This document shows positions 25,910 to 36,136 of a stretch of DNA of 39,240 nucleotides, piece after piece (the first letter of the stretch is position 1; every line of letters begins with the position of its first letter). The position numbers were made by a program, and so were the translations under genes. Below the pieces are notes generated by a model that searched no databases, was not told the DNA's origin, and saw only the letters and a program-made list of their open reading frames with translations. Source of the DNA: a virus (lineage: Duplodnaviria; Heunggongvirae; Uroviricota; Caudoviricetes); the IMG/VR virus record IMGVR_UViG_2634166457_000020, positions 1-39,240 of that record; one strand, written 5' to 3'.

Positions 25910-28423
25910 ATGCCAGTTGTACCAACAACATCGGGCCGTCAGGTTCAGAGCAGAGGGATTTCGACGCAGGGATTCTCATCGTTTCAGACACCAAATGTCG
26001 GTGATGTACTTGGCGATGTTGCAGAGCAATATGCAGGTATTATTGCGCAGGCAAAACAGCGTGCGAATGTTGCTATGGCTCAGGATGCTTCTCTTAGCTT
26101 AAGCCAGATAAGCAGCGATCTGCTGAATAACCCTGAAACAGGTTTGCTTAACCTGAAAGGGAAAAATGCTATTGGAAAAGGTCAGGAGTATACGCAGCAG
26201 TTTGATGCTCAGATCGAACAACTGGCTATGTCGCTGCCGGATGAACAGGCTCGTAATGCTTTCATGCAGCAGGCGCAGCAGCAGCGTATTCAGTTCACTA
26301 CGCAGGCCGGGCGGCACGAGATAGGGCAAATAAATGCCTACGAAGAAGGCCAGTTTCAGGCGACGCTGCTGAACAATGGTAAAAATGCCGCAGCATTGTA
26401 TGGCGACAACGCCGCATACGTATTGGCTAATAAGCAAACTTTCCAGCAAATTGAGGATTACGGCATTGCGCATGGCTGGAGCGACGAGCAAATACAGGCC
26501 AAGAAAATCGAGTTTAAAGAGAAGGTTGCTGATGCCGCATTGTCCCAGTGGTCGGCAAACAATGCGACCGCATTCATCCAAAGTAATGGTGAGTTAAGTG
26601 ATACTGCTGCTGGATCTCGCCGTGCTGTAGCAGATAGTGGCTATTCCGATCGTGCTCGAGGTATACGCAACAATAACCCCGGCAATCTTGAATACAGCAA
26701 AACTAATCCGTGGGTAGGCCAGACCGGTGATGATGGCCGATTTGCTAAATTTGAAACGCCTGAACACGGGATTCGTGCATTAGGGCGAAACCTGATGTCG
26801 TATCAGCGGCAGGGTATTGATACCGTCAACGAGATAATTAATCGCTGGGCACCGCCTACTGATAAAAATGACACAATGTCGTATATCAAAGCCGTGTGCG
26901 AACAACTTGGCGTTTCTGCTGATGAGCCTCTCGATGCATCTAATCCGGATACCCTGAAGGCGCTTTGTGCAGCCATTATCCATCATGAGAACGGTAGCCA
27001 GCCATACAGTGATCAGCAGTTAACTGCTGGTGTCAACGCAGCACTTGGTTTATCAACAATTCCAACCAACACCAAACGCTATACCGGTAATGCAGCATTC
27101 GATGCGGCATCTCCTGAGGCTCAGGCAAGTTTTATGCGACAGGCGGATCAACTGCGTCGGCAGCAGCAGGCCGAATATAAAACGATGATTGACAGCCAGG
27201 TTAGAGATGCGACAGCTGCGTATATGCGTGGGGTTGAATTTCCTAACCCACCTGGTGAGGCTGATTTTATTGCAGCTTATGGAGTCAGAGAAGGAAACCT
27301 GCGATATACCGAGTTCAGAAATACGCAGATCGCCGGACAGTATATAGGCTCTTTCCGCAACATGCCGACAAGCAGCATTACAGCATATGTTGAGCAATTG
27401 CGCCCGGATACTGGTGAGACAGGGGAGGGGTATGCGGCTCGCGCAGCTCTTTATGACAACGTTGTTTCGGCTGCAAATCAGGTGATAAAGCAGCGGCAGT
27501 CTGATCCTGTGCAGTTCTCTCTTGCCTCTGGACAGGCAAAGCCTATCGACATGAGCAATAAGGATAACTTTGGACAGAGCGTTGCCTTGCGTGCCGCTCA
27601 GGTCAGTGACCTTGCTAAGTCATATGGCACTCCACTGACGTTCTTTTCCAAAGACGAGGCCAATCAGATCGGTGTTTTTTTTCGTGATGCTCCAGTTTCC
27701 CAACAGGCAGCATATCTCGATACCATCAGGCAGAGCACTGGTGGTGGGCAGGTGTATATGTCAGCACTACAGCAGATCAGTGCCAACGCTCCATCTGCTG
27801 CCGTTGCCGGGATATTAATGGATAAACCTGGTGGTATTTTGGCAGAAAAAAACTGGTTTAATCCGGATGTTTCTGTGTCTCCTGAAACCGCTGCGCAGAC
27901 AATTCTTGCTGGCGCGGCGGCTCGTAAAGGTACTGATGACGCGAAAGGTATTCCGATGCCTAAAGATACTGATCTTCGCCTTGAGTTTTCTGACATGGTG
28001 AAGGATGCATTTGCTGGTGACGCTCAGGGGGCATCAATGGCATACGAGATCGCAAAGGACTATTACGCTGGTGTGATGGAGAAAAAAGGCGTGGTATCAG
28101 GCGAAATTGACAATGATGTCTGGAAACAGGCTGTTAACGTAGCTACAGGTGGCGTGCATGACTATAACGGAATGGGGAATGTCCTTTTGCCGTGGGGAAT
28201 GTCTGCAGAGCAATTCGATAAGCAGGTTAATCAGGCTTGGAATGAACAAGTTGTCGGCGCCGGGATAAAAACACCGCCTGGTCAGTATGGTTTGCAAAGT
28301 TACGGCGATAGTCAGTACCTGGTGAAACTTGGTACTGGTTATCTGCTGAAAGATGATGGTTCTCCCGTTGTTCTTGATCTGACACAGAAGCGTCAGAGAT
28401 TCTCCGGAGATATTCCGCAATGA
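25910..28423 (+). CDS. Internal virion/ejection protein, 837 aa
   Basis: Large protein in the internal-core position; contains conserved-looking segment GIRNNNPGNLEYSKTNPWVGQ ... HHENGSQPY. Confidence 0.55.
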   Translation: MPVVPTTSGRQVQSRGISTQGFSSFQTPNVGDVLGDVAEQYAGIIAQAKQRANVAMAQDASLSLSQISSDLLNNPETGLLNLKGKNAIGKGQEYTQQFDAQIEQLAMSLPDEQARNAFMQQAQQQRIQFTTQAGRHEIGQINAYEEGQFQATLLNNGKNAAALYGDNAAYVLANKQTFQQIEDYGIAHGWSDEQIQAKKIEFKEKVADAALSQWSANNATAFIQSNGELSDTAAGSRRAVADSGYSDRARGIRNNNPGNLEYSKTNPWVGQTGDDGRFAKFETPEHGIRALGRNLMSYQRQGIDTVNEIINRWAPPTDKNDTMSYIKAVCEQLGVSADEPLDASNPDTLKALCAAIIHHENGSQPYSDQQLTAGVNAALGLSTIPTNTKRYTGNAAFDAASPEAQASFMRQADQLRRQQQAEYKTMIDSQVRDATAAYMRGVEFPNPPGEADFIAAYGVREGNLRYTEFRNTQIAGQYIGSFRNMPTSSITAYVEQLRPDTGETGEGYAARAALYDNVVSAANQVIKQRQSDPVQFSLASGQAKPIDMSNKDNFGQSVALRAAQVSDLAKSYGTPLTFFSKDEANQIGVFFRDAPVSQQAAYLDTIRQSTGGGQVYMSALQQISANAPSAAVAGILMDKPGGILAEKNWFNPDVSVSPETAAQTILAGAAARKGTDDAKGIPMPKDTDLRLEFSDMVKDAFAGDAQGASMAYEIAKDYYAGVMEKKGVVSGEIDNDVWKQAVNVATGGVHDYNGMGNVLLPWGMSAEQFDKQVNQAWNEQVVGAGIKTPPGQYGLQSYGDSQYLVKLGTGYLLKDDGSPVVLDLTQKRQRFSGDIPQ

Positions 28424-30222
28424 GTTACTTTGGCCTTAATCCAGTAAACCAGAATCAGCAGATTGACGAAGCAGCATCAAATCCAGCTGGCTTTAACAGC
28501 GATGTCGGTTTTTTCGACAATGCTGTAGGAGCGGCATTGTCTGGTTTGTACTCCGGTCTGGTGGCAAAGCCAGATCAGTTGCTATGGGCAGGGATGGATA
28601 AAATCGTATCCCCGATTGCTCAGTTTGTTAACGAAAACACCTCGCTCAATGACACTTCAGTTTCATACATTGCCGAGCAGAGAAAACTAGCAGAGCAGCA
28701 GGTTAAGCGGCTGACGCCTGATGCCGCGACAACCGGCACCGCCGGGCAGGTTCTTTATGGGTTGTTCGATATGGGCGCGCAGGCTGTTGTCGGTACAATG
28801 CTCGGTGGTCCGGTCGGAGGTGCAGCGGCGGTAACTTCGCTACAGGGTTTTTCTGAGTTTGAACGGCTGACAGCACAGGGTGTTGATTTCAGGACGGCGC
28901 AGGAAGCGGGATTAGTGCAGGGTATTACTGCTGGTGCCGGAACACTGATCCCTATGAGCCTTGGGTTACGTGCTGGTGGTGCGCTGGCGGAAGGTGTGGC
29001 GGCTCAGCTTGCGCGGACGGGTGAAAGTTCAGTGCGACGCGCCGCAGCAACAGCAGTACGTGCAACGCCAGATATTGCCTATGCCGCAGGTACAAACATT
29101 GCGTTCGGTATGGCACAGCGTGGGCTTACTGCAAAAACGCTTCGTGATGGTGGCTATAGCGAAATGGCTAACCAGTATGATGTGTTGGATCGACAGGCAA
29201 TTGCTATTGATGCTGTTCTTGGGGTGGCGTTTGGTGGTGTCGGCAGATTTATTAACTCTCGCGGCGAGTCTACAAGCGCACCAAATTTTTCACCAGTTGA
29301 TATCGATGCTGCACTGGCGGCGAATGCCGCTCATCATGCTGAAATTGATATTGCTCCCGGCGTGCCGATCAACGTGCTTTCGCGTAATTCGCACATTCAG
29401 GCTCTGCTAAAAGCCATGTCTGATGTTAGCCAGGGGAGACCTGTAGACGTTGCCAGCATTGTTGAGTCTGCATCTTTCAGTGAAATTCCTGGACGCAAGA
29501 GTCTGCTGTCTCAGGCAGTTAATGAGGCTCTGTCATCTGTAGATGATGGAGTAACGGCGCGCGCTATAGAAAATCGGTTGCTTGAAGAACAGGCCGCGCA
29601 GCTTTTGCCGCGTGGCGATAGACAGGTTTACCAGTCTGAAATCGCTAATAGCCAACGAATTATTGAAAATCTCACTGAACAGCGCGCACAAATTCTTGCA
29701 GAAGATCCAGCCGGTAGCGGTAAGGCTTTATCTAGTGCTCGATCAGATAAACAGGCCAGACTTCGCGATATTGACCAACGAATCCGGCAGGCACAAGAAC
29801 GCCTGGAATTTTCTCGTAACGCGTTGGCACCGCATGAGCCTGGCGGTCAGTTTTTTGAAGCTCGAGCAGAACTGGCTCGGAGACAGCAGGCAGAAAGTGA
29901 GCTTAATGCTCAGGCTGTTTCATTCTATAAAACAGCAGAGGTCAGGACGCCAGACGAAGTAGCTCCTTTTGAGCCTGATAAAATATTGCAACAGGCAGAA
30001 CAAAAAATGATGTCAGATCAGGCAGGAGATATTGATCTGCGCATAGCTGAAGACTCGCTGCTTGAATCACCTGACATGATAATCACCGTGCTGGATGATG
30101 ATGGTAATCCACAATCGCGCAGTGCGCGTGAAGTACTGGATGAAGCGAACAGGGAAAGTGAGCAGGCAATACAGGATTCCAGCCTGTTTGATGTCGCTGT
30201 GGCGTGTTTCTTGAGAGGTTAA
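28420..30222 (+). CDS. Internal virion/ejection protein, 600 aa
   Basis: ATGA coupling to upstream gene; Gly/Ala-rich N-terminal region and coiled C-terminal region. Confidence 0.5.
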   Translation: MSYFGLNPVNQNQQIDEAASNPAGFNSDVGFFDNAVGAALSGLYSGLVAKPDQLLWAGMDKIVSPIAQFVNENTSLNDTSVSYIAEQRKLAEQQVKRLTPDAATTGTAGQVLYGLFDMGAQAVVGTMLGGPVGGAAAVTSLQGFSEFERLTAQGVDFRTAQEAGLVQGITAGAGTLIPMSLGLRAGGALAEGVAAQLARTGESSVRRAAATAVRATPDIAYAAGTNIAFGMAQRGLTAKTLRDGGYSEMANQYDVLDRQAIAIDAVLGVAFGGVGRFINSRGESTSAPNFSPVDIDAALAANAAHHAEIDIAPGVPINVLSRNSHIQALLKAMSDVSQGRPVDVASIVESASFSEIPGRKSLLSQAVNEALSSVDDGVTARAIENRLLEEQAAQLLPRGDRQVYQSEIANSQRIIENLTEQRAQILAEDPAGSGKALSSARSDKQARLRDIDQRIRQAQERLEFSRNALAPHEPGGQFFEARAELARRQQAESELNAQAVSFYKTAEVRTPDEVAPFEPDKILQQAEQKMMSDQAGDIDLRIAEDSLLESPDMIITVLDDDGNPQSRSAREVLDEANRESEQAIQDSSLFDVAVACFLRG

Positions 30223-30227
30223 ATTAA

Positions 30228-32702
30228 ATGAGACAGGAATGTATACAAGCGGTTCAGCAGGCGGCGCAGCGCATGTTAACGGCGCGAGAAATACAGAACA
30301 TTGAAGACCGCATTTATCGAAATATGCGCTCCATTGCTCGTGATGACCCGATGTCGTGGCGACAACTTTCCGAATCAGAGCGGTTGTATCGTGCAGCACA
30401 ATTGGCATCTGAAGAATTACAGCGAGAAGCGGCATTAAAGAAACGTCGTGTGACCCTCACTATAGCCGCACGTCAGAGATTGGATAAATTTATCAATAGC
30501 TATCAAGGGGCTGATGGGAAACTTGGCGCTCTTAACCGTACTATTGCTTTTAATGCAGACGGTAAATCTAATTTCCTCTCTGTTGAATCCAGAACAAAAG
30601 CCACCCGTGATTATGCATTGAGTCAATTGCAGGAGGCATTCGAAGCAGTTGATCCTCGCTTTTTTGGTCTGTTTGAAGATGAAGCGGGCGTACGTGACCT
30701 GGTATATGAAATGCGGGGGCAAAATACTGGCAATGCAAAAGCAAGAAAAGGTGCTAAGGCGTGGAGAGAAGTTACAGAGCTGCTGCGCCGCCGGTTTAAT
30801 GATGCTGGTGGGGACATTGGCTATCTCGAAAACTGGGGGATCCCTCAACATCATTCTATGGAAAAGGTTGGGGCGGTATCAAAGGATAAGTGGGTTAGCG
30901 ATGTTATAGGTAAGCTGGATCGCAAATATTATACCCGAGCCGATGGACAACTGATGAACGATGCCGAGTTGTCTGCATTTCTTGGAGAGGCTTATAACAC
31001 GATCGCTACTGGTGGGCTGAATAAGCTTACTGATACCGGAATGCGAATTTCCGGCGCACGTGCTAACCGTGGTAATGCATCACGACAGATACATTTCAAA
31101 GATGCAGATTCCTATCTCCAATATCAACAACTTTATGGCGATCGCTCTCTATGGGAAATCATGGTCGGTCACCTGGAAGGTATCAGTAAAGATATTGCTC
31201 TGGTGGAAACATATGGCCCAAACCCCGATCATGTTTTCCGCTCCCTTCTTGATCAGGTGAAGGCAGAAACGGCAACAGCTAACCCGAGTAAAACTGGTAG
31301 CGTCGAGCGCCTGGCGAACAACACAGAGAACCTGTACAACTTTATTTCCGGAAAGACACAGCCTGTAGCGAATCCGCACATCGCGAGATGGTCTGACAAT
31401 ATCCGCAACTGGCTGGTTGCCAGCCGACTAGGATCCGCGTTGCTGTCATCGTTTTCTGATCTCGGAACCATGTATCTGTCTGCGAAGGTGTTAAACCTTC
31501 CAATGAACCAGTTATTCCGCAACCAGCTTGAAGCTATGGACCCAACTAACCGTACTGAGCTTGCGCGGGCGCGCCGCGCTGGTCTGGCGATGGAGTCTCT
31601 ACTTGGCAGCGTTAACCGCTGGGCGATGGATAATATGGGGCCTTCTGTGTCTCGTTGGGCGGCAACGGCGGTAATGCGTGCCAGTGGGCTTACAGCATGG
31701 TCAGATGCGCACAAGCGCGCCTATGGCGTAACCATGATGGGAAGCTTGGGAGAAGTAGTGTCACGGACACCAGACCTTCGTAGCCTCGATGACTCTGATT
31801 TTCGTATCCTGAAAAGCAAAGGGATTACTGACATAGACTGGAGCGTATGGAAGCTGGCGCAACAGGAGGACTGGGGGAACGGTAATAATACGATGCTGAC
31901 ACCGGAAAGCATTATGCGTATCCCTGATTCAGCAGTTAAACATCTTGGTGAGCCTGAACGCGTGAAATTTGAGGCAATGCGTAAACTGCTCGGTGCCGTA
32001 ACTGAAGAAGTTGATATGGCTGTTATTACACCTGGAGCACGTGAGCAACTGATAACCGGTTCTGGTATTCAGCGTGGAACATGGAAAGGTGAATTAACGA
32101 GAAGTGTTTTCCTGTTTAAATCGTTCCCTATCTCGGTTGTTATGCGTCACTGGTCACGCGCTATGGGTATGCCGTCTGCTGGTGGGCGTGCGGCATATAT
32201 TGCGACGTTTATTGCCAGTACGACCATTCTTGGCGCTTTGTCGCAGCAACTTAACGACCTTGCGTCTGGTCGTAATCCTCGAGAGATGATAGGAGAAGAT
32301 GCCGCAAAATTCTGGCTTGGTGCTCTACTGAAAGGTGGTGGTCTTGGCCTTTACGGTGACTTTTTATTGTCAGATCACACTAGGTACGGAAGCGGTGCGC
32401 TGGCATCAATGCTTGGTCCGGTAGCCGGTCTGGTTGATGACGTAGTGAAGATAGCTCAGGGCATACCACTAAATGCTGTGGAAGGGAAAAACGAGCAGAC
32501 TGGTGGTGATCTGGTGAAACTTGGGAAAGGGCTGATGCCAGGTGCGAATCTCTGGTACTTGAAGGCAGCTCTTGATCACATGATCTTTAACCAGATGCAG
32601 GAGTATTTTTCACCAGGCTATTTGCGAAAAATGGAACAACGTTCGAAGAAAGAGTTTAACCAGACATACTGGTGGCGACCACAGGATGTCACTCCGCAAT
32701 AA
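30228..32702 (+). CDS. Internal virion/ejection protein, 824 aa
   Basis: Last large gene of the internal-core block before the tailspike. Confidence 0.5.
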   Translation: MRQECIQAVQQAAQRMLTAREIQNIEDRIYRNMRSIARDDPMSWRQLSESERLYRAAQLASEELQREAALKKRRVTLTIAARQRLDKFINSYQGADGKLGALNRTIAFNADGKSNFLSVESRTKATRDYALSQLQEAFEAVDPRFFGLFEDEAGVRDLVYEMRGQNTGNAKARKGAKAWREVTELLRRRFNDAGGDIGYLENWGIPQHHSMEKVGAVSKDKWVSDVIGKLDRKYYTRADGQLMNDAELSAFLGEAYNTIATGGLNKLTDTGMRISGARANRGNASRQIHFKDADSYLQYQQLYGDRSLWEIMVGHLEGISKDIALVETYGPNPDHVFRSLLDQVKAETATANPSKTGSVERLANNTENLYNFISGKTQPVANPHIARWSDNIRNWLVASRLGSALLSSFSDLGTMYLSAKVLNLPMNQLFRNQLEAMDPTNRTELARARRAGLAMESLLGSVNRWAMDNMGPSVSRWAATAVMRASGLTAWSDAHKRAYGVTMMGSLGEVVSRTPDLRSLDDSDFRILKSKGITDIDWSVWKLAQQEDWGNGNNTMLTPESIMRIPDSAVKHLGEPERVKFEAMRKLLGAVTEEVDMAVITPGAREQLITGSGIQRGTWKGELTRSVFLFKSFPISVVMRHWSRAMGMPSAGGRAAYIATFIASTTILGALSQQLNDLASGRNPREMIGEDAAKFWLGALLKGGGLGLYGDFLLSDHTRYGSGALASMLGPVAGLVDDVVKIAQGIPLNAVEGKNEQTGGDLVKLGKGLMPGANLWYLKAALDHMIFNQMQEYFSPGYLRKMEQRSKKEFNQTYWWRPQDVTPQ

Positions 32703-32711
32703 GGATGAGAA

Positions 32712-32852
32712 ATGCTTACTTTTATTCTTGTTGTATTTGCGCTTGTTGCCCTTGGCGTTATGAACCGTAAATGTATCATTGAAGACGGTGAATTTGCTGT
32801 CGCAGTTGTTTTTATATTATCTGGTTTAGCGGGGTACATAGGTTTGTCATAG
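32712..32852 (+). CDS. Small hydrophobic peptide, 46 aa; not in ORF track
   Basis: ATG at 32712 preceded by AAGGATGAG SD; single predicted transmembrane helix; followed by palindrome and terminator. Confidence 0.3.
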   Translation: MLTFILVVFALVALGVMNRKCIIEDGEFAVAVVFILSGLAGYIGLS

Positions 32853-32872
32853 CTTGAGTGTGACATGTCACA

Positions 32873-32897
32873 GGCCGCTTTCGCGGCCTTTAATTTT
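32873..32897 (+). terminator. Rho-independent terminator ending the late structural operon (GGCCGC-TTTC-GCGGCC plus TTTAATTTT)
   Basis: 6-bp GC stem followed by T-rich tract; lies between convergent genes. Confidence 0.65.
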
Positions 32898-33153
32898 ACC
32901 GGATTTGTTTTCGTAATTGTTCGGCACAATAGTCGAGATGCGTTTGCAGATCCCGCATAGACATCTGTGAGTTGGTTACGTAGTTGATCAGTGCAGTCAG
33001 TTCGGCAAGTGGGCCATCGACATTGAATCCATCTTTATCGAGATCCCGGAGTAATTTCATCAAGTGCGATCCCTCCACTAGTGATCTGACGCCTCCAGGT
33101 GTGTGAATCCTTTCGGTAAATCCGTCTTCCAGTGGATAGTGATACTGCTGCAT
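32896..33153 (-). CDS. Hypothetical antisense small protein, about 85 aa (start MQQYHYPLEDGF)
   Basis: Internal Met of ORF 32896..33387 chosen because the upstream part overlaps the tailspike promoter region and the ATG at 33153 has a GGAGAAG SD. Confidence 0.35.
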   Translation of the reverse strand: MQQYHYPLEDGFTERIHTPGGVRSLVEGSHLMKLLRDLDKDGFNVDGPLAELTALINYVTNSQMSMRDLQTHLDYCAEQLRKQIR

Positions 33154-33349
33154 CTTATCTTCTCCATGCAATAACTGTATGAATATACAGTACCAAATAA
33201 TTTGTTTGCTATCCAGCACGTTTTGTAAATCACCTGAAAGGTAATATCTGTTCGTATCGATGATGTTTCTATCCCATATATGGTTTTTAAGGTAATAAAA
33301 TGGCCGGATATGCGGCGCAACGGGTGCTGCGACTATCTGGAGATTTAAC

Positions 33350-36106
33350 ATGACGGTCTCAACCGAAGTTGACCACAACGAATACATTGGTAACGGTGTT
33401 ACAACGACATTCCCTTATACATTCAGGATTTTCCAGAGATCAGATCTGGTAGTACATGTGGTTGACCTTGATGAAAATATCGCTGTGCTGGCGCTTGATA
33501 CTGATTACACAGTTACCGGGGCTGGTGGATACAACGGTGGTAATGTGATATTGACTACGGCACTGGCCAGCGGATACCAGATTTCCATATCGCGAGAACT
33601 CCCGGTTACGCAGGAAACTGATCTGCGCAATCAAGGGAAGTTCTTTGCTGAGGTGCATGAGGATGCATTTGATAAGCTAACGATGTTGATTCAGCAGGTT
33701 AGAAGTTGGTTTAGCCTAGCGCTGCGCAAACCGTCATTCGTGGCAAGCTATTACGATGCTTTAAATAATTACATCAGAAATTTGCGTGATCCACTACATC
33801 CACAGGATGCAGCCACTAAAAACTATGCTGACTCATTAAATGCTGAAAATACATCACATACAGATTTGTTATTTAGTAGAACTTTGCGTACAGCAGAAGG
33901 TATTCCACAATTACCATCTGCAGAGTTCCGCAAAAATAAAATTGTTGGTATGGATAATGACGGTAACCCGATCATGTTGTTACCGGAATCTGGTTCTGCC
34001 TCTGATGTTCTGCTGGAGTTGGCAAAACCAACTGGTGCCAGTTATATCGGTACGAAGTATGGTAGTCTTGATGAGTACATAGACAATACTCCAAGCCTGT
34101 TAGCCACAAAGTATATGGATGAAATTGAGATGGCAGCACTGGAGTCAGGTGACTTGTCAGTAAACCATCAGCCAAAGGTCCAGCAGGTAATGGATGAAGC
34201 CCATAACAGGAAATGCTCAGTGTATTTCCCGCCAGGTACATACTGCTTTGATACCGCTGTTAACGTCTGGTCTTACGTCCGTTCTGTTTGGGGTGACGGT
34301 AGTGCAATTATTACTCGTCGGTATCGCACGTTTTTTGTTGATGGCTCAACGACAGATATTGATCCGGCGCGTGATACACGTAAATTATTCCGATTGTTAA
34401 ATGGGGCATTGGGGTATATATCAGTGCATGGTATTACGTTTGATGGTAATGCCAGATCTATCGAGGTGTCGGAATCCGGTACGAGCGGTACGACAGGAAT
34501 TCCAGACCAAACATATTATCAGGACCTGGAGCCTGGTGGCACCTCTCCTTATGTCCATGGGCCTGATGGTAACATCCCTGTTCATGGGGAAAGCTATTAC
34601 AACCACGCAAAGAAACTGTCTGGAACAGATGTGTATGATTGTGTGTTTCGTGATGCTCCAGGCGGATGTATTGTTGGTAACTTCAGAAATCTTAGGGTCT
34701 CCTCAAACTCATTTTTGGGTTGGTATGATCACGCAATTTACGCAGCAGGAAGTGCTTTCGCTGATCAGGGTAATGGAATTTTGGTTGGTGATATTACGGT
34801 CACTGGGAATACCTTCAGGAACAGAATAAACACTCGTGGTAATGGGGCTGTTAAAGGAAGGTTTGGTTTTGACCGTTATACAGTTACTGGCAATACATTT
34901 GATGTTGTTGATTATTGTATGGCGTTTGATACTGGTCACGGGATGGTCGGAAGTGTTTACGCCATGCAGCCATGGGGGCAGATCACTGTAACTGGTAATA
35001 CATGCACCTGTGATAGTTATTGGATGATGATAGGTAACAACAGAGGTGTTAAGTGGTTTGATAACGGATGGATGTCTGCTATCAATATTTCTAACAACAC
35101 AGTCCAATCTAAGGATAGGATCCTGTTACTTGGAGTTAGCGGCAGTAATGATTATTTGATGGATGCATATCAAGTAAATATATCCAATAACACTTTTTCT
35201 GCACCTAACTTCTTATCGCTTTACACTCATTTAACTAACTGCGATTGGCGCATAGAAAGTAACAACATAACAATTACTAACACAGGGATGATTATAGGTG
35301 TAGACCAGGCTGAGGTTTCAAACTCAGTTCTTAGGCTTACAAATAATATAATGGGACGTGTATTAACGACCTCTACTGGCAATCTTCATCTCAGCAATTT
35401 CGAGCGCGTTATCATGAAAGGTAATGAGATTCGAAATCTGTCTATGAGTTTTGGTAGCTACGTTACTGACCTAACTATTGAAGGAAATGAATTCAGGTAC
35501 TCTTCTGCACTTCCTTCAAAACCATTTGGCTTTATGTACTCATCTGCTGGCAATGGATTCAACAGAATTAAATTATGTAAAAATAAAATCGTGGGTAGTC
35601 CAATAAGATTTTCCGTGAAATGCTCATCTGATTGTGTTCTTGACATGAGTGATAATAGCATTTACGGAATTACTGATTACTTCCTTGAGTTGAATGCAAC
35701 TGGTTACACTCCTAAAACCATGAGGGTTAACAACAATCTGGTGATAGGTGGTGCGCTAATAGCTGATCTTCCTGCTGGAGTATCTCTTGGTAGCACCTCA
35801 AGTTATATGGAGTTGATGAACAACACCTTACGATCAACTTCTCCAGGGACACAGCAGTCATGTACCATTCTGCGTGATGGAGGCGCTCAATCTTGGCTTA
35901 GCCATTATCAAACTATTCGGTGTGTAAAAAACACATTCCGCGATGTCACTAACATATTGAAAATAGATGGCTCTGCTTCTTCTGGGGTTTCTACAACTAA
36001 TAAGTTCTGGTTCGGCGAGAATCAGACATACAATTCAACGTTGACATGTAACTATCCTTCAATAAACAAGTCAAACACAGATGTCACACAGACTTTAAGT
36101 GTATAG
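33350..36106 (+). CDS. Tailspike/tail fiber protein with conserved N-terminal virion-attachment domain and beta-helix-like repeats, 918 aa
   Basis: N-terminal region EYIGNGVTTTFPYTFRIF typical of tail fiber/tailspike anchor domains; repetitive TVTGNTF-type segments suggest a right-handed beta-helix. Confidence 0.8.
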   Translation: MTVSTEVDHNEYIGNGVTTTFPYTFRIFQRSDLVVHVVDLDENIAVLALDTDYTVTGAGGYNGGNVILTTALASGYQISISRELPVTQETDLRNQGKFFAEVHEDAFDKLTMLIQQVRSWFSLALRKPSFVASYYDALNNYIRNLRDPLHPQDAATKNYADSLNAENTSHTDLLFSRTLRTAEGIPQLPSAEFRKNKIVGMDNDGNPIMLLPESGSASDVLLELAKPTGASYIGTKYGSLDEYIDNTPSLLATKYMDEIEMAALESGDLSVNHQPKVQQVMDEAHNRKCSVYFPPGTYCFDTAVNVWSYVRSVWGDGSAIITRRYRTFFVDGSTTDIDPARDTRKLFRLLNGALGYISVHGITFDGNARSIEVSESGTSGTTGIPDQTYYQDLEPGGTSPYVHGPDGNIPVHGESYYNHAKKLSGTDVYDCVFRDAPGGCIVGNFRNLRVSSNSFLGWYDHAIYAAGSAFADQGNGILVGDITVTGNTFRNRINTRGNGAVKGRFGFDRYTVTGNTFDVVDYCMAFDTGHGMVGSVYAMQPWGQITVTGNTCTCDSYWMMIGNNRGVKWFDNGWMSAINISNNTVQSKDRILLLGVSGSNDYLMDAYQVNISNNTFSAPNFLSLYTHLTNCDWRIESNNITITNTGMIIGVDQAEVSNSVLRLTNNIMGRVLTTSTGNLHLSNFERVIMKGNEIRNLSMSFGSYVTDLTIEGNEFRYSSALPSKPFGFMYSSAGNGFNRIKLCKNKIVGSPIRFSVKCSSDCVLDMSDNSIYGITDYFLELNATGYTPKTMRVNNNLVIGGALIADLPAGVSLGSTSSYMELMNNTLRSTSPGTQQSCTILRDGGAQSWLSHYQTIRCVKNTFRDVTNILKIDGSASSGVSTTNKFWFGENQTYNSTLTCNYPSINKSNTDVTQTLSV

Positions 36107-36107
36107 T

Positions 36108-36136
36108 AAAAAGGCGGCAATGCCGCCTTTGTTTTA
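36108..36136. terminator. Bidirectional rho-independent terminator between tailspike (+) and acyltransferase (-): GGCGGC-AAT-GCCGCC flanked by A-run and T-run
   Basis: 6-bp stem 36113-36127 with AAAAA upstream and TTTGTTTTATTTT downstream. Confidence 0.65.

Noticed and set aside
32896-33387. Full-length 163-aa version of the antisense ORF upstream of the tailspike
   Set aside because: The 5-prime portion would cover the tailspike promoter region and its operator-like sites and overlap the tailspike start; trimmed to the internal ATG at 33153, which has a Shine-Dalgarno sequence.
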